A DNA stretch of 63,804 nt, filler included, from Octopus bimaculoides (GCF_001194135.2; 4 parts of 4 records of this genome joined end to end with filler, not necessarily neighbours in it), one strand, 5' to 3'; shown: positions 1 through 12,940, counted from the whole stretch's first letter. Notes: a model not told the origin generated them from the sequence alone. Program-made: numbers and translations.

Positions 1-58
1 ATATATGTATATATATATATGTATATATATATATTACATAAATATATATTACGTTATA

Positions 59-89
<31 letters not shown>

Positions 90-112
90 GTGTGTATGTA
101 TGTATATTACAT

Positions 113-306
113 AAGGTGGCAAGCTGGCAGAAATGTTAGCAGTATTTCGTCTGTATTTACGTTCGGAGTTCAAATTTCGCCGAGATCGACATTTGCCTTT
201 CATCCCTTCGGAATCTATAAGTTAAGTATCAGTTGTGTACTGGGGTCGATCTAATCGACTGGCTCCATTCCCCCCAAATTTCGGGCCTTGTTTCTACAGT
301 AGAAAA

Positions 307-310
<4 letters not shown>
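113..310 (+). mobile_element. tRNA-derived SINE, family A (working name), decayed
   Basis: A-box-like CTGGCAGAAATG, B-box-like GAGTTCAAATT, TGGGGTCGATCTAATCGACT motif; colinear with the near-intact copy at 35271-35503. Confidence 0.8.
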
Positions 311-348
<38 letters not shown>

Positions 349-691
349 ATCTGGGGCGAGTTATTCTCTTTTAGTGCCTTATTATTTTACACACTCACTC
401 GTTTATTACTGTTCTTATTCTTACTTATGCTCATTGTCCGGAAAACTTTCGTCACGAATCTCTGACCTCTTCAGCGACACTTTCTGTCTTTATGTGCGCT
501 CTTGTTCCACTAATTTCATTCTCTTGTAACACAAATTCATAAACATATATATATATATTTATATACACGTAGGTACTGTAAGTTTAGAGGGAATACTTGA
601 TGAGTGTAATCACCTGTATATGCCAGATAGTGGCAGCGGTGAGAGAATATATCAAACATAAATTAAAAACATAACACAAATGATATCGTGG

Positions 692-734
692 TACACGTGT
701 TTCAAGCTTTATAAACAATCTGTTATTACATCAG
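692..734 (-). ncRNA. degenerate hammerhead-like motif in probable Penelope-like terminal repeat
   Basis: Minus strand CTGATG(T)...GAAAC-ACGT-GTA with palindromic ACACGTGT helix III; A9 and helix I are lost. Confidence 0.35.
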
Positions 735-1789
735 CATAGGTATCTTATTGATATAAACGATGGTGTAAATCTCTCCTCAACCGCAAACATTGTTAGTCTA
801 AAGATTACATCACCGAAGAAAAAGTACACGTAGTATTACCCATTTTAACATGTTTATCACATCCCTTTGAAAAGGTATATTTGTATAAAGGTTCATTGGA
901 TTTCAAAAATCTGCCCATACTGTACCACTGTTCAGCATAGAGTGAATGTTAAATAGATTGGATTGAGTTTATATTTAACTAGCGTGTATAAGATAGAAAG
1001 AAAAGATAAAATGTAAAAATGAAAATTAAAAATTAAAAATTAAAAAATAAATAATTAAAAACTGCAGTTATTAATAAGAAGGGTTGAAATAAATACGTGC
1101 AAAATATCACAGTTCTAGCATCAATCCTTTATAGTCTATGACGCTTTCAACCCACACTCGTAAATATAGAAGACAAATATTTTATATCGTATAAATATGA
1201 AACTGAAACGATCAGGGAAGGAGAAAGCACGTAGAATGTGGTGAGCCTGCATAAGTTTAAGCTGTGTTCATAATTGGATATGAAGAGAAAGTAAGGGAGT
1301 GAGTGAGTGAGTGAGCGAGAGAGAGAGAGAGAGAGTGAGAGAGAAAGAAAGACAGAGAAGCTATTATAATAAAATATTTTGTTATATAGAGAATTTAAAC
1401 AGAGAAACAGAATTAGTAATAAGAAACGCTAGAGAGAGCTAAACAGCAAAATGTTTTCAGAGAGTATCCACTCATGCAAGTATTTCGTCCCTTAACTTTT
1501 TATACCTTTTCGAGGCTGGGTAGCATACAGGAGAGGAATCCTAGATACTCCTTTACAGACACATTCTATGCCATTATCAGCAATGTAACTCTCCTGCATG
1601 GTTAAAGTACCTCAGATTCAAGGGACCGAGGATGACAGTCGAATGTTGTGTGAATTATGCTCTCGGAAATCCACTTCCGTTCCTCCTTGATCAGATTCAG
1701 TTGGAACTCTTCTAAGCTTCCTCCGTCTTATCCTTAAGAACTCTGGTTCTCTTTCTCTCAGAGATTGACCACAGCTTTAAGTGACCATA

Positions 1790-2356
1790 TGCAGATTTGC
1801 ATAACATGGACATTTTGGTTCTCCAACGTCGTCCTGGTGTTGACCTAAGATTATTTTGATCTGAAAAATTCGACTTGTATGCCGGAAAATATAGTATATA
1901 CAAATTAAACACTTTGACATAATTTACTGCATACAAGTCGATGTAGTTTATAGTGTAAACATACAGTGTAAGCATCCAAACATCTTCACTACCTTTTGCA
2001 ATCTTTCTGCGTTTAATAGAATTTTTGATCTGTCAAAATCTTGAAGTATAATTCGACGTACCTTAATTTGGTTGTAAATTTTGGTACCGAAAATTTGACT
2101 AATATGCCAATTACAGTATATACAAGTTACATCCTCTAATATAATATACTGAGTTTTACAAAATACAAGTCGACGTATTGCATAGCATAAACATACAGTG
2201 TAAACATGCAAACATCGTCACCATATTTCCGAATTTTGCTGTATTCCTCATGAAATTTATGGTCTATCACAGTCGCCTCACTGGATAAGTCGACCTATCT
2301 AGTTTTAAGTAAATTTTGGTCTGAAACGTTTCACTTCGACCCCGAAAAATACAGTA
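1790..2356. mobile_element. three tandem ~200 bp MITE-like units with Tc2/pogo-like termini
   Basis: TA-flanked degenerate termini TACTG..ATACAAGTCGA (1925, 2147) and TCGAC..GAAAATAYAGTA (1870-1896, 2098-2118, 2337-2356); shared interior AAACATACAGTGTAA.CAT.CAAACATC. Confidence 0.5.
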
Positions 2357-2537
2357 AATTCATGCGCTGTTTCCGTTCCAAAATTACGTTAACGATACAA
2401 AAGTCTGTGGAATTCTCACGCATTTGTAAGTTAATCTAAAGTTTAGATACCATGCTTATTCCAACAGCAGCATAATCATCGTCGAAAGTGAAGGTGTGCC
2501 TCTCATTTTGTCCTTATTTCTTGTTGCTTGATTGCAG

Positions 2538-2581
2538 AACGGTTTGTGTGTGAATTTGCATATAAAACTGCATGCAACTAA
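2538..2581 (+). CDS. candidate terminal exon (x)RFVCEFAYKTACN*
   Basis: Pyrimidine-rich acceptor ttcttgttgcttgattgcag; FVCE resembles the end of a C-type lectin domain; no compatible upstream exon found. Confidence 0.12.
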
Positions 2582-2812
2582 CTTCGTATATCTGTATCAA
2601 ATTTATGTGCACGTGTATACGTATGCATGTGTATATGTTTGTATATCTGTATATGATGGTTCGTTCCTTAGAAACGTGCATACAATGGATATATAAAAGA
2701 TTGTGTAGTTTGTGACTTTATGTAAGTGGTGTATGTGTGTGTATGTCTGCGTGCGCCAAAAACTGTATCCGATTAAAATATATATGTATATGCTTGTGTG
2801 CGAGTGGTACAC

Positions 2813-2847
<35 letters not shown>

Positions 2848-2877
2848 CACACGCTCACTCACCCACACGCGTTCATA

Positions 2878-3492
2878 TTAAGTTCATATTTCTGAGGGGA
2901 CCAAAAATATATCAGTAGATGTTTATATGTTTGTTTATGGATTCATTATAGCAGACTGAATGATTCATGATTCGTATTTTTATATGTACAGGCGAAGGAT
3001 TTACATGTTGGTTGGAGGTAAGATAGAGCAGGTAAATAGAATTATAGTGATAGATGAATAAATTAAATAGAGATAGTAGACAGAATATCAATATAAATAA
3101 GGTACAGATGTAAAGTACATTTATAAGTTGTAATTAAACTTGAGGGTATCAGTGGAGGTGGAAGTGGGAGTGATACTGGTGATAGCTGTGGTGTTAGAGG
3201 TGCTTCTGCTGCTACTTGAGGAATTGGCAGTGGTGACATCCTTTCCAAATTTACATTGACATTCCCTCTATGATCTCTATTTGATTTATTCATCTATTAC
3301 TATAATTCTATTTACCTGCTCTATCTTAACTCCAACATAAAAATAAAAATCATAAATAATACATAAAAATAAAAAAAACCATAAGTAATATCATTTACTC
3401 TGGTATAATGAATCCATCAACGAACGTATAAACATCTATTGGTATATTATTTGTCCCCTCTGAAGATATTATGATCAGAAATATGAACTTAA
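2878..3492. mobile_element. foldback element, ~200 bp inverted arms around a ~197 bp spacer, probably Penelope-derived
   Basis: 2878-3074 is the reverse complement of 3273-3492 (e.g. AAGATAGAGCAGGTAAATAGAATTATAGT vs ACTATAATTCTATTTACCTGCTCTATCTT); right arm carries a CTGAAGA...GAAA hammerhead-like remnant. Confidence 0.75.
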
Positions 3493-3580
3493 CATTTCAT
3501 TAATTCACCGTATATAATTGAAACAGCTGTAAGGGATGTTTGATTTGTTGTTGATAGTAAACTTTTATAAACTTCCCAAT

Positions 3581-3652
3581 CTTCTTCTTCTTCTTCTTCT
3601 TCTTCTTCTTCTTCTTCTTCTTCTTCTTCTTCTTCTTCTTCTTCTTCTTCTT
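3581..3652. repeat. (CTT)n microsatellite
   Basis: Direct inspection; explains the poly-E ORF at 3489-3731. Confidence 0.95.
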
Positions 3653-4306
3653 TTATATGAATATAAACTCTAGGTTTTTGTATATACATATATTTTAAGG
3701 AGATCAATCCCCCCCCCCCAATATTAGGCAATGAACCAGTATTTCCTTGGTTGATACCATCTCTTCATGAGTCTACATATACATATATTTACACACACAC
3801 ACACACACACGCACACACACGCACGCACACGCACACAACACGTGCGCACATACACACACACACACACATAAATGGAACAAAAGCGAAACAGAGGGCAATA
3901 AAATGTTTGGACAGATAGACAGCACAAAGGCGGACAAGAGAAACAACAATTAGAAGGCTAGGGAAAAAAAGACGGGTGATTCTTGACTTTCTTTCATCAG
4001 TCAAGTACCAGTCACAACCATTTCAGACAATTACATTTGAGACGGTTCGATTTGGTTGTCCCCAAAACAGTCTAAGCTAAGAACATTAGACCACTTTGTA
4101 ACAAAGCTAGCGAATGTGTACGGCAACAAAGACAAGCAAAGACAAACTCACACACACACACACACACAAAAAAGCGGAGAAGATGGTACACAAATATGAA
4201 TATAAGAAATAACAACAGGCATCTTTCAACTGAGAACGATTCAAATTCAGCTGGCGTCTATTATACTTATATACATACATAAATACGCACACAAACACAT
4301 ACATAT

Positions 4307-4359
<53 letters not shown>

Positions 4360-5370
4360 NNNNNNNNNNNNNNNNNNNNNNNNNNNNNNNNNNNNNNNNN
4401 NNNNNNNNNNNNNNNNNNNNNNNNNNNNNNNNNNNNNNNNNNNNNNNNNNNNNNNNNNNNNNNNNNNNNNNNNNNNNNNNNNNNNNNNNNNNNNNNNNNN
4501 NNNNNNNNNNNNNNNNNNNNNNNNNNNNNNNNNNNNNNNNNNNNNNNNNNNNNNNNNNNNNNNNNNNNNNNNNNNNNNNNNNNNNNNNNNNNNNNNNNNN
4601 NNNNNNNNNNNNNNNNNNNNNNNNNNNNNNNNNNNNNNNNNNNNNNNNNNNNNNNNNNNNNNNNNNNNNNNNNNNNNNNNNNNNNNNNNNNNNNNNNNNN
4701 NNNNNNNNNNNNNNNNNNNNNNNNNNNNNNNNNNNNNNNNNNNNNNNNNNNNNNNNNNNNNNNNNNNNNNNNNNNNNNNNNNNNNNNNNNNNNNNNNNNN
4801 NNNNNNNNNNNNNNNNNNNNNNNNNNNNNNNNNNNNNNNNNNNNNNNNNNNNNNNNNNNNNNNNNNNNNNNNNNNNNNNNNNNNNNNNNNNNNNNNNNNN
4901 NNNNNNNNNNNNNNNNNNNNNNNNNNNNNNNNNNNNNNNNNNNNNNNNNNNNNNNNNNNNNNNNNNNNNNNNNNNNNNNNNNNNNNNNNNNNNNNNNNNN
5001 NNNNNNNNNNNNNNNNNNNNNNNNNNNNNNNNNNNNNNNNNNNNNNNNNNNNNNNNNNNNNNNNNNNNNNNNNNNNNNNNNNNNNNNNNNNNNNNNNNNN
5101 NNNNNNNNNNNNNNNNNNNNNNNNNNNNNNNNNNNNNNNNNNNNNNNNNNNNNNNNNNNNNNNNNNNNNNNNNNNNNNNNNNNNNNNNNNNNNNNNNNNN
5201 NNNNNNNNNNNNNNNNTATATAGGTGTGTGGTTTCGTGTGTGCGTTTCTATTCGTATGTATGTGTACGCGTCACGCAGGAAATCGAAAACCGGACGAGAC
5301 TTAAATTAGACAAGTTCAAAAGGTTTATAAATGAAATCGTGTTCTTTGACAACGAAATCTCATTCTTTAG

Positions 5371-5432
5371 ATGTTCTTCGGGAAGTGGCCACCAACACCA
5401 CGACGGCGACTACTACGACGTCGCCTGGCTAG
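5371..5432 (+). CDS. candidate terminal exon (D)VLREVATNTTTATTTTSPG*
   Basis: Acceptor ctcattctttag, locally CpG-rich, open phase-1 frame; could equally be a decayed (ACG/ACT)n repeat. Confidence 0.15.
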
Positions 5433-5499
5433 CTTTCGTACAAATAGTGTTTTTCTCATTTCTAAATAACAACAAGTGTTTTCCGCTTAGATCTGAATG

Positions 5500-6091
5500 T
5501 GTGACCCTTTCGATATTGAGAAGACAGCGACTAAACAAGAAGACGTATGATCAGGTTGCTCGAAGCATTTTATCCGTCGGGCTAACGATTCTGGTAGCTA
5601 ACTGCTTTAATAACAATAATGATGGCTTCAAATTTTGGCACAAGGTCAGCAATTTCGGGGTAGAGGCTAAGTCGATTACATCGACGCCATTGTTCAACTG
5701 GTACTTATTTTATCGACCTCGATAGGATGAAAGGCAAAGTTGACCTCGGCGGAATTTGAACTCAGAACGTAACGGCAGACAAAATATAAGTATTTTGCCT
5801 GGCGTTCTAACGATCCCACCAGTTTGAGGCTTTACTACTACTACTACTACTACTACTAATAATAATAATAACAATAATAATAATAATCCTTTCTACTATA
5901 GGCACAAAGCCTGAAATTTGGGTGAGGGTATAGTCGATTACATCCACCCTAGTGCGTAACTGGTACTTATCCCCGATAGGATGAAAGGCAAAATCGACCT
6001 TGGCAAATAGTGTTTTTCAGAACGTAGCGACGCACGAAATACCGCCAAGCATTTTGCCTGCAGTGCTAACGATCCTGCTAGTTTGCATCTT

Positions 6092-6156
<65 letters not shown>

Positions 6157-6360
6157 ACAACAACAACAACAACAATATTTATAATAATAATAATATGGCT
6201 TTACATTAAGCGGAGGGTTTCGTGGAGCACTATCGAGGCATTTCATTTTACCGACTCCGAAAGAATGAAGCTAAATTTGACCTCGGCGGGTTTTGAACTC
6301 AGAACGTAAAGAGCATTAAGAAATGCCGCTAACTATTTCGTCTGACATTCTAACTTCCTT
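5500..6360 (-). mobile_element. head-to-tail cluster of four family A SINE copies separated by (ACT)n/(AAT)n
   Basis: Copies at about 5500-5610 (head only), 5621-5832, 5885-6091, 6195-6360; the three longer copies carry GAACTCAGAACGTA or a variant. Confidence 0.8.
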
Positions 6361-6608
6361 GAAATATGACTATATAAAGGTTCTTTGGGATATAGAACAT
6401 GAAAAGGATAATCAAATAAACGCTTCACAAAAAGATATTGTACTTAAAAAAGGCGAAGTGGATGTTGTTTAATCAATGTCGATGTCTGTTTGATAGAAGA
6501 ATGGTAAAAGAAAGAACTTGAGAAAATAGAAAAATATCAGGGCTTAAAATATGGCCATCAAAGGAACTTGGATTGCTAAAAGCTATCGATATCCTAATTG
6601 TAATCGTA

Positions 6609-6773
6609 TAGGCGTAGGAGTGGTTGTGTGGTAAGTAGATTGCCCACCAACCACATGGTTCCGGGTTCAGTCCCACTGCGTGGCACACTTGGCGAGTGTC
6701 TTCTACTATAGCCTCGGGCCGACCAAAGCCTTGTGAGTCGATTTGGTAGACGGAAACTGAAAGAAGCCCATCG
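6609..6773 (+). mobile_element. tRNA-derived SINE, family B (working name), 5' half
   Basis: GGCGTAGGAGTGGTTGTGTGGTAAG A-box, GGTTCAGTCCC B-box, then GGTAGACGGAAACTGAAAGAAGCCC; runs into microsatellite and gap. Confidence 0.9.
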
Positions 6774-6792
6774 TATATATGTACGTATATAT

Positions 6793-6870
<78 letters not shown>

Positions 6871-7305
6871 NNNNNNNNNNNNNNNNNNNNNNNNNNNNNN
6901 NNNNNNNNNNNNNNNNNNNNNNNNNNNNNNNNNNNNNNNNNNNNNNNNNNNNNNNNNNNNNNNNNNNNNNNNNNNNNNNNNNNNNNNNNNNNNNNNNNNN
7001 NNNNNNNNNNNNNNNNNNNNNNNNNNNNNNNNNNNNNNNNNNNNNNNNNNNNNNNNNNNNNNNNNNNNNNNNNNNNNNNNNNNNNNNNNNNNNNNNNNNN
7101 NNNNNNNNNNNNNNNNNNNNNNNNNNNNNNNNNNNNNNNNNNNNNNNNNNNNNNNNNNNNNNNNNNNNNNNNNNNNNNNNNNNNNNNNNNNNNNNNNNNN
7201 NNNNNNNNNNNNNNNNNNNNNNNNNNNNNNNNNNNNNNNNNNNNNNNNNNNNNNNNNNNNNNNNNNNNNNNNNNNNNNNNNNNTTTTTTCATTTTAAATT
7301 TGCTT

Positions 7306-7370
7306 TAACCCTAACCCTAACCCTAACCCTAACCCTAACCATAACTCTAACCCTAGGGTTAGGGTTAGTG
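7306..7370. repeat. interstitial telomere-type repeat with inversion point, (TAACCC)n then (GGGTTA)n
   Basis: TAACCCTAACCC...CCCTAGGGTTAGGGTTAG read directly. Confidence 0.9.
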
Positions 7371-7657
7371 TTAATTGTTTCAGAATCGTTTGTTTATGTA
7401 GTCGGCACTTAATGTATATCGGCTGAATGGACGTCAGTGATTGGTTGAAATTACAGAAATACGACAACTTTAACATGGAATAATTTATGGATTTCTTTTT
7501 TTTTTAAGAAGACTAAGAGAAAAAGATGTTTTATATGACACATTCTACCAGTGATCCAAGTTTCAAAGTGTTTTGTTAATGAAAAATGTGGCCCCCGTTT
7601 TAAAAAAATCCAAAAGAGTATCCTGAGGAAAGGTTTGAAACAAATTTCATTTGTCAG

Positions 7658-7731
7658 TCAAGGACGCTGTATTTCGAGACGAATTTCCTTATTCAGAGAA
7701 AGTCAATTTTTTTCATGATGCAGCAAGGAAG
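7658..7731 (+). CDS. candidate internal exon KDAVFRDEFPYSEKVNFFHDAARK
   Basis: Acceptor ttcatttgtcag, donor AAG/gtgcga (or AAG/gtagca at 7746); open frame, non-repetitive; product not recognised. Confidence 0.22.
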
Positions 7732-7845
7732 GTGCGAGTACCTAAGGTAGCATGCTAATACCAGCAAAACACAGCTGCATAAACAGAAAGAGGAAAAAGG
7801 AAAACAATAACAACAACAATAATAATAATAATTATTAATATTACA

Positions 7846-8052
7846 ATCATTTCTATTCTCTGAAATTTTGGGAACAGAAGCTAGTGGATTACATCGACCC
7901 TAGTGCTCAAATGGTACTTACTTCATCAACCTAGAAAGGATGAAAGGCTACTCACAACGTATAGACGGACGAAATGTCGCTGCGCATTTTTTTAATCCGA
8001 ATGCTAACAATTCTTCAAACTTATTGCCTTCAACAACAACTACAACAGCAGC

Positions 8053-8119
<67 letters not shown>

Positions 8120-8560
8120 TCTACTATAGGCACAAATCCTGGAATTTGAGAGGAGGGGAATAATCGTTGACATCGACTCCAATGTTTCAATGGTACTTAA
8201 TTTATCGACTCCAAAAGGATGAAGGTCAAAGTCGAACGTAAAAGACGGACGAAATGATGCTAAGCATTTAGTCCAGCGTGCAAACGATTCTGCTAGCTCA
8301 CCGCCATTAACAACTACAACAGCAACAACAATTATAATACTGGCTTCAAATTTTGCTACAAGGGCAGCCGTTTTGGGGGAAGGGATGTGCCGATTACATT
8401 GACCGCAGTATTCAACTGGTATCTAATTTATCGATCCCGAAAGGATCAAAGGTAAAGTCGACCACGGCAGAATTTGAACTCAAAACGTAGCCGTAGACGA
8501 AATACCGCTAAGCATTTCGCCCGGAAGTGCTAACGATTCTGCCAGCTCGTCGCCATTAGC
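7846..8560 (-). mobile_element. cluster of three family A SINE copies
   Basis: Copies at about 7846-8030, 8114-8310, 8338-8560, joined by (AAT)n/(AAC)n. Confidence 0.8.
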
Positions 8561-8736
8561 AACAAGAATAGTAATAATGAAAAGGAATTTTAATAATAAC
8601 GACTCCTTTTATGTGCCTCGGGTGAATAAGATGTGAGAGGGGGCATTACAACGACATTTCATAATTTATGTAGGGGCTTACATAAAAGATGAGGGGAAAG
8701 AAATGGGAGAAAGGGTGAAATGCGGTAAAATTGTAT

Positions 8737-8922
8737 ATAGGGTATAGTGGCTATGCGGTAAGAAACTTGTTTCCCAAACATATAATCCCAGGTTCAGTCC
8801 CACTGAGTGGCACCTTGGGCAAGTGTCTTCTACTATAACTTCGAGCCAACCAAAACCTTGTGAGGGGACTTGGTAGACGGAAACTGAATCGTCCTATATA
8901 TATGCATATGTGTATGTGTGTG

Positions 8923-8962
<40 letters not shown>

Positions 8963-9188
8963 ATGTGTCCTTCACCACCGCTTGACAACCGATGTTGGTG
9001 CGTTTGCGTCTCCGTAACATTAGCCGTTCGTCAAAGGATAACTGAATAACCGATAGAATATGTACTACACTTAAAAAAATTAGTTTTGGCGTCGATGTGT
9101 TCAACTAAAATCCTTCAAGTCCATGCCCCAGCATGGACGCAGTCAAATTACTGTAAAAAGTATAAGATAAAAGATAAAAGATAAAAGA
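8737..9188 (+). mobile_element. family B SINE, full length, with (GATAAAA)n tail
   Basis: tRNA-like head, core, internal (GT)n, CCCCAGCATGGACGCAGTCAAAT 3' block. Confidence 0.85.
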
Positions 9189-9199
9189 TGTGGCGACAT

Positions 9200-9560
9200 G
9201 AATGATGTAATCTTCCCCAGACTGGAGAACCACCAACTAAGGCCTGTCAAGGAACCCCATTGTTCCAAGATTTCCGTGGCCATCAAACGCACGAGTTTTC
9301 GCTAGCCATTGTTCTATCTACAGATGAATGCTTGAATTAAGACCATTCACGCTAACCATTAATGCAATAGTCACCCATCTTTCCATGAATTTCCTCTCTA
9401 ACCCAACATTCCTTTCCAAGTAGAACTTAAAAAAGGCGACGAAAGCTGGACCAAAGTGGAAGGTCTGTTTCCTTATTTCGTGCAGCACAAATCCACTTTT
9501 CCCTTGGCTACTAGACACAGGAACACCTGCTCTTGCTACGAGTGGAAAGAAAATCTTGAA
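9200..9560 (-). mobile_element. 3' end of Tx1/L1-like LINE ORF2 plus 3' UTR
   Basis: GPAFVAFFKFYLERNVGLERKFMERWVTIALMVSVNG parallels FFKFHLKWKVRMERE...KRWVKVAKIARVDG at 41157-41490; shared UTR motif ATCTTGGA...TGGGGTTCCTTGA. Confidence 0.65.
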
Positions 9561-10569
9561 ATTGTAACTTCGATTTCGATGTAATTTGGTGTATTTTGAA
9601 ATCAGTAAACAAAATCTATAGTCGTATTGAATTTTCGTCGACACTATCCCGCCAACCTCTTGACGTCCCCTCCCCTGCAGTGAAAAAATTCTCATATTTT
9701 ATCATTAGCTACGTTTCATATTTTATCTTTGGTGGTTTCCGCAATTTTGTCAAAGTACAATGGATTTAAGTAACGTTTGATGTATTGGTGAACTATTATG
9801 ACTAATTTTATATATATGTATACATATATATGTACGCGCGCGAGCGTGAGTATGTGTGCGTGTGCGTGTGCGTGTATATATATATATATATGTATGTATA
9901 TAATAGTGTGACTAATTATATAAATATATCTATATAAATACATATGTGTGTAAATATCTATCTGTATATTTATATCTTTCAGTCTGCTTATCTATGTGTG
10001 TGTATGTGAGTGTGTGTGTGAATGTGTGAATGGGAGTATTTGTACTTCTATAGAGTTATAATACATAGACGGGAACTGACTGGTATTGATGAATGTCTGC
10101 TGTTCATAAAGATTAGAGATATGTAAGTACGTACGTATGTATGTATGTATGTATGTATGTATGTATGTATGTATGTGTGTAAGTACGCATGTATGTATGT
10201 GTATGTGTATGTATAAATGTGTGTACGTGTATGTATGTATGTATGTATGTATAGATGTAACTCAAACCACACGCACAACACACGCGAAACATATACATAC
10301 TCATACACATACACCTACACATACATACATATACACACCCATGCAATCGATATAAAAGTAATATGAAAACTTCAAGAATAAGTATGAGAAACGATAAAAA
10401 CAATACACAAGTCACCACGAAAAAAAAATAAGACCGCAACCTAGCTAATTAAAAAAAAAAATCACCATTACAACCATGAACATATGCAGGAAGTGTGTTA
10501 ACCAAGGAAGGGGTGATTTCCAAATGTTGTGTTAAATACGATGCTCAAACTAGTAGGAAAATACAGCTA

Positions 10570-11365
10570 TAAATAATGGTTTAAGTTTGGGCAGACTGCC
10601 ATCAATTTTTGATGAGAATGATAAATGAATCAACCACAAAGGCAAAGCCGACATCAGCAAAATTTGAATTCAGAATGGAATGAGCTGGAAGATTCGCGAA
10701 GAAGTATTTTTTTAACATAGTAATCCTTTCTACAGTAGGCACCAGGCCTGAAATTTGGGGAAGAGAGCTAATCGATCACATCTACTCCAGTGCTGAACTG
10801 GTATTTTATTTTAGCGATTGCGAAAGGGGGAAAAAGCAATGTGGATTTCAGTGGAATTTGAATCCCAAGTTTAAAGAAGAACGAAATGTCACTGATCATT
10901 TTGTACGACATTCTAACGATTCAGCCAGATCACCGACTTAATAAAGCTTTCAAATTTTGGCACGAGGCCAGCAGTTATGTGGAGGTGGGGAATGTCGATT
11001 ACATCGTCCACAGTGCTTATTGATTCTGAAAGGACAAGAAGCAAAGTTGCCCACCGTAGCATTTGAACTCAGAACGTAAAGAGTCGGAGAAATGCTACTA
11101 AGCAATTTATTCGACGCGCTAAGGTCTTCCAGCTCGCAGCCGTACATAGAACGATAAATAAGGGTTTCAGAATTTGGCACAAGGCCAGTAATTTCGGGAA
11201 GGGTTTAAGCAGATGATATCGACCCTAGTATTCGATTCGTACTTATCTTAAAGGATAAAAGGTAAAATCAATCTCGATGGAATTTCAACTCAGAACGTAA
11301 AGACACACGAAAAGCTGCTCAGCATTTTGCCCGGCGTGTTAACGATTCTGCCATTGCGCTGACTT
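10570..11365 (-). mobile_element. cluster of four decayed family A SINE copies
   Basis: Copies at about 10570-10710, 10721-10940, 10943-11140, 11159-11365, same orientation. Confidence 0.75.
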
Positions 11366-11537
11366 AGATCGATAAATAATAACATACAATAAATTTTGGG
11401 TTACAAAATACTTTTGAATAGAAGAAAATGTTGAAAAATATTTACACTTCTGTCCGTCCGTATTACGCGTCTCATATGAGTACAGGATATACCGGTTTGG
11501 GTCCCGAGGCTGGTGGCCATTTTGAAATGTTTTTACG

Positions 11538-11681
11538 GGGTAAGTAGCTTTCTTACCAACCACATGGTTTCGGGTTCAGTTCTACTGCGTGTAACCTTAG
11601 GCAAGTGTCTTCTACTATAACTTCGGGCCGACCAAATCTTTGTGAGTGGATTTGGTTGACGGAAACTGAAAGAAGCCCACC

Positions 11682-11682
<1 letters not shown>
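11538..11682 (+). mobile_element. family B SINE, 5' half
   Basis: GGTAAGTAGCTT...CCACATGGTTTCGGGTTCAGT...GACGGAAACTGAAAGAAGCCC. Confidence 0.85.
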
Positions 11683-11729
<47 letters not shown>

Positions 11730-12479
11730 NNNNNNNNNNNNNNNNNNNNNNNNNNNNNNNNNNNNNNNNNNNNNNNNNNNNNNNNNNNNNNNNNNNNNNN
11801 NNNNNNNNNNNNNNNNNNNNNNNNNNNNNNNNNNNNNNNNNNNNNNNNNNNNNNNNNNNNNNNNNNNNNNNNNNNNNNNNNNNNNNNNNNNNNNNNNNNN
11901 NNNNNNNNNNNNNNNNNNNNNNNNNNNNNNNNNNNNNNNNNNNNNNNNNNNNNNNNNNNNNNNNNNNNNNNNNNNNNNNNNGTAGAAGAATAAAAGAATT
12001 CCCGTTTATTTTATGTTTTTTTCTTGGTAAATTTTTCTCTATCTGTTCCAAGGTGAAATTTTACTTCCACAACGAGTGATTTCCAAGAGTTTTGTGGTCA
12101 GATTCGTTGAAAGTAGAATGAAAATAACAGGAATATTTTATATTACATCTTCAAAGTGAGACAAGTGTAATATAAAAACTTGCCTATATTTAATATAGCA
12201 ATAATATTTTTTTTGATATTTCTAGGAAATCTTCCTTTCAAAAAAAAAAAAAAGGAAAAAAATGAATACACATAAGTAAAATAAAATTAAAATAAAGTGG
12301 AAACAAAAACAAACTTTGGAGCGTGCATCCTAAAAACTTAGTAGTTAATTCGGTAAACAAAATAAAAGCAAAAACAAAAATACATGGAAATACCGAAGAA
12401 TGAAGAATATATTTTATTCATGAAGACGATGACGTCAATAATGATGAAATGACGATGATGATTATGGTGGTCGTGATGG

Positions 12480-12532
<53 letters not shown>

Positions 12533-12940
12533 TTGATCGTGGTGATGATGATGATGATGTTGGTGATGATGAAAAGGATGATATCCTCCAGTGAAATAAT
12601 TATCAATGTAAGTGTTATGACGACATTGAAAAATCTTCGAAGCATTGGTAATTAACTTCTACTTTAATTTAGTTAGATCTTTAGAGCTGTTAATTGACTC
12701 AGATAATTAATTCATTGATTTAAGATTACAGTTTTTAATTAATTGACTTCCTCACAAATCTTGCCAATTAGATTTTATGTGAGATATGTCAAACAATTTT
12801 TTGCTTTTTGTTCCTTCTATATTTGATCCATATTTCCACCTGAGTACAATCATGTTTATACAAATACAACACAGAAAAAAGATATCAATTCATTTTATAG
12901 TATGATGATATATTATATAAGATACATTTTTATATATATA

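Noticed and set aside
6609-6685. tRNA genes at SINE heads
   Set aside because: No proper cloverleaf; each continues into SINE body sequence
7306-7370. Ancient telomere-telomere fusion site
   Set aside because: Polarity is (CCCTAA)n-(TTAGGG)n, the reverse of a fusion scar, and the tract is short
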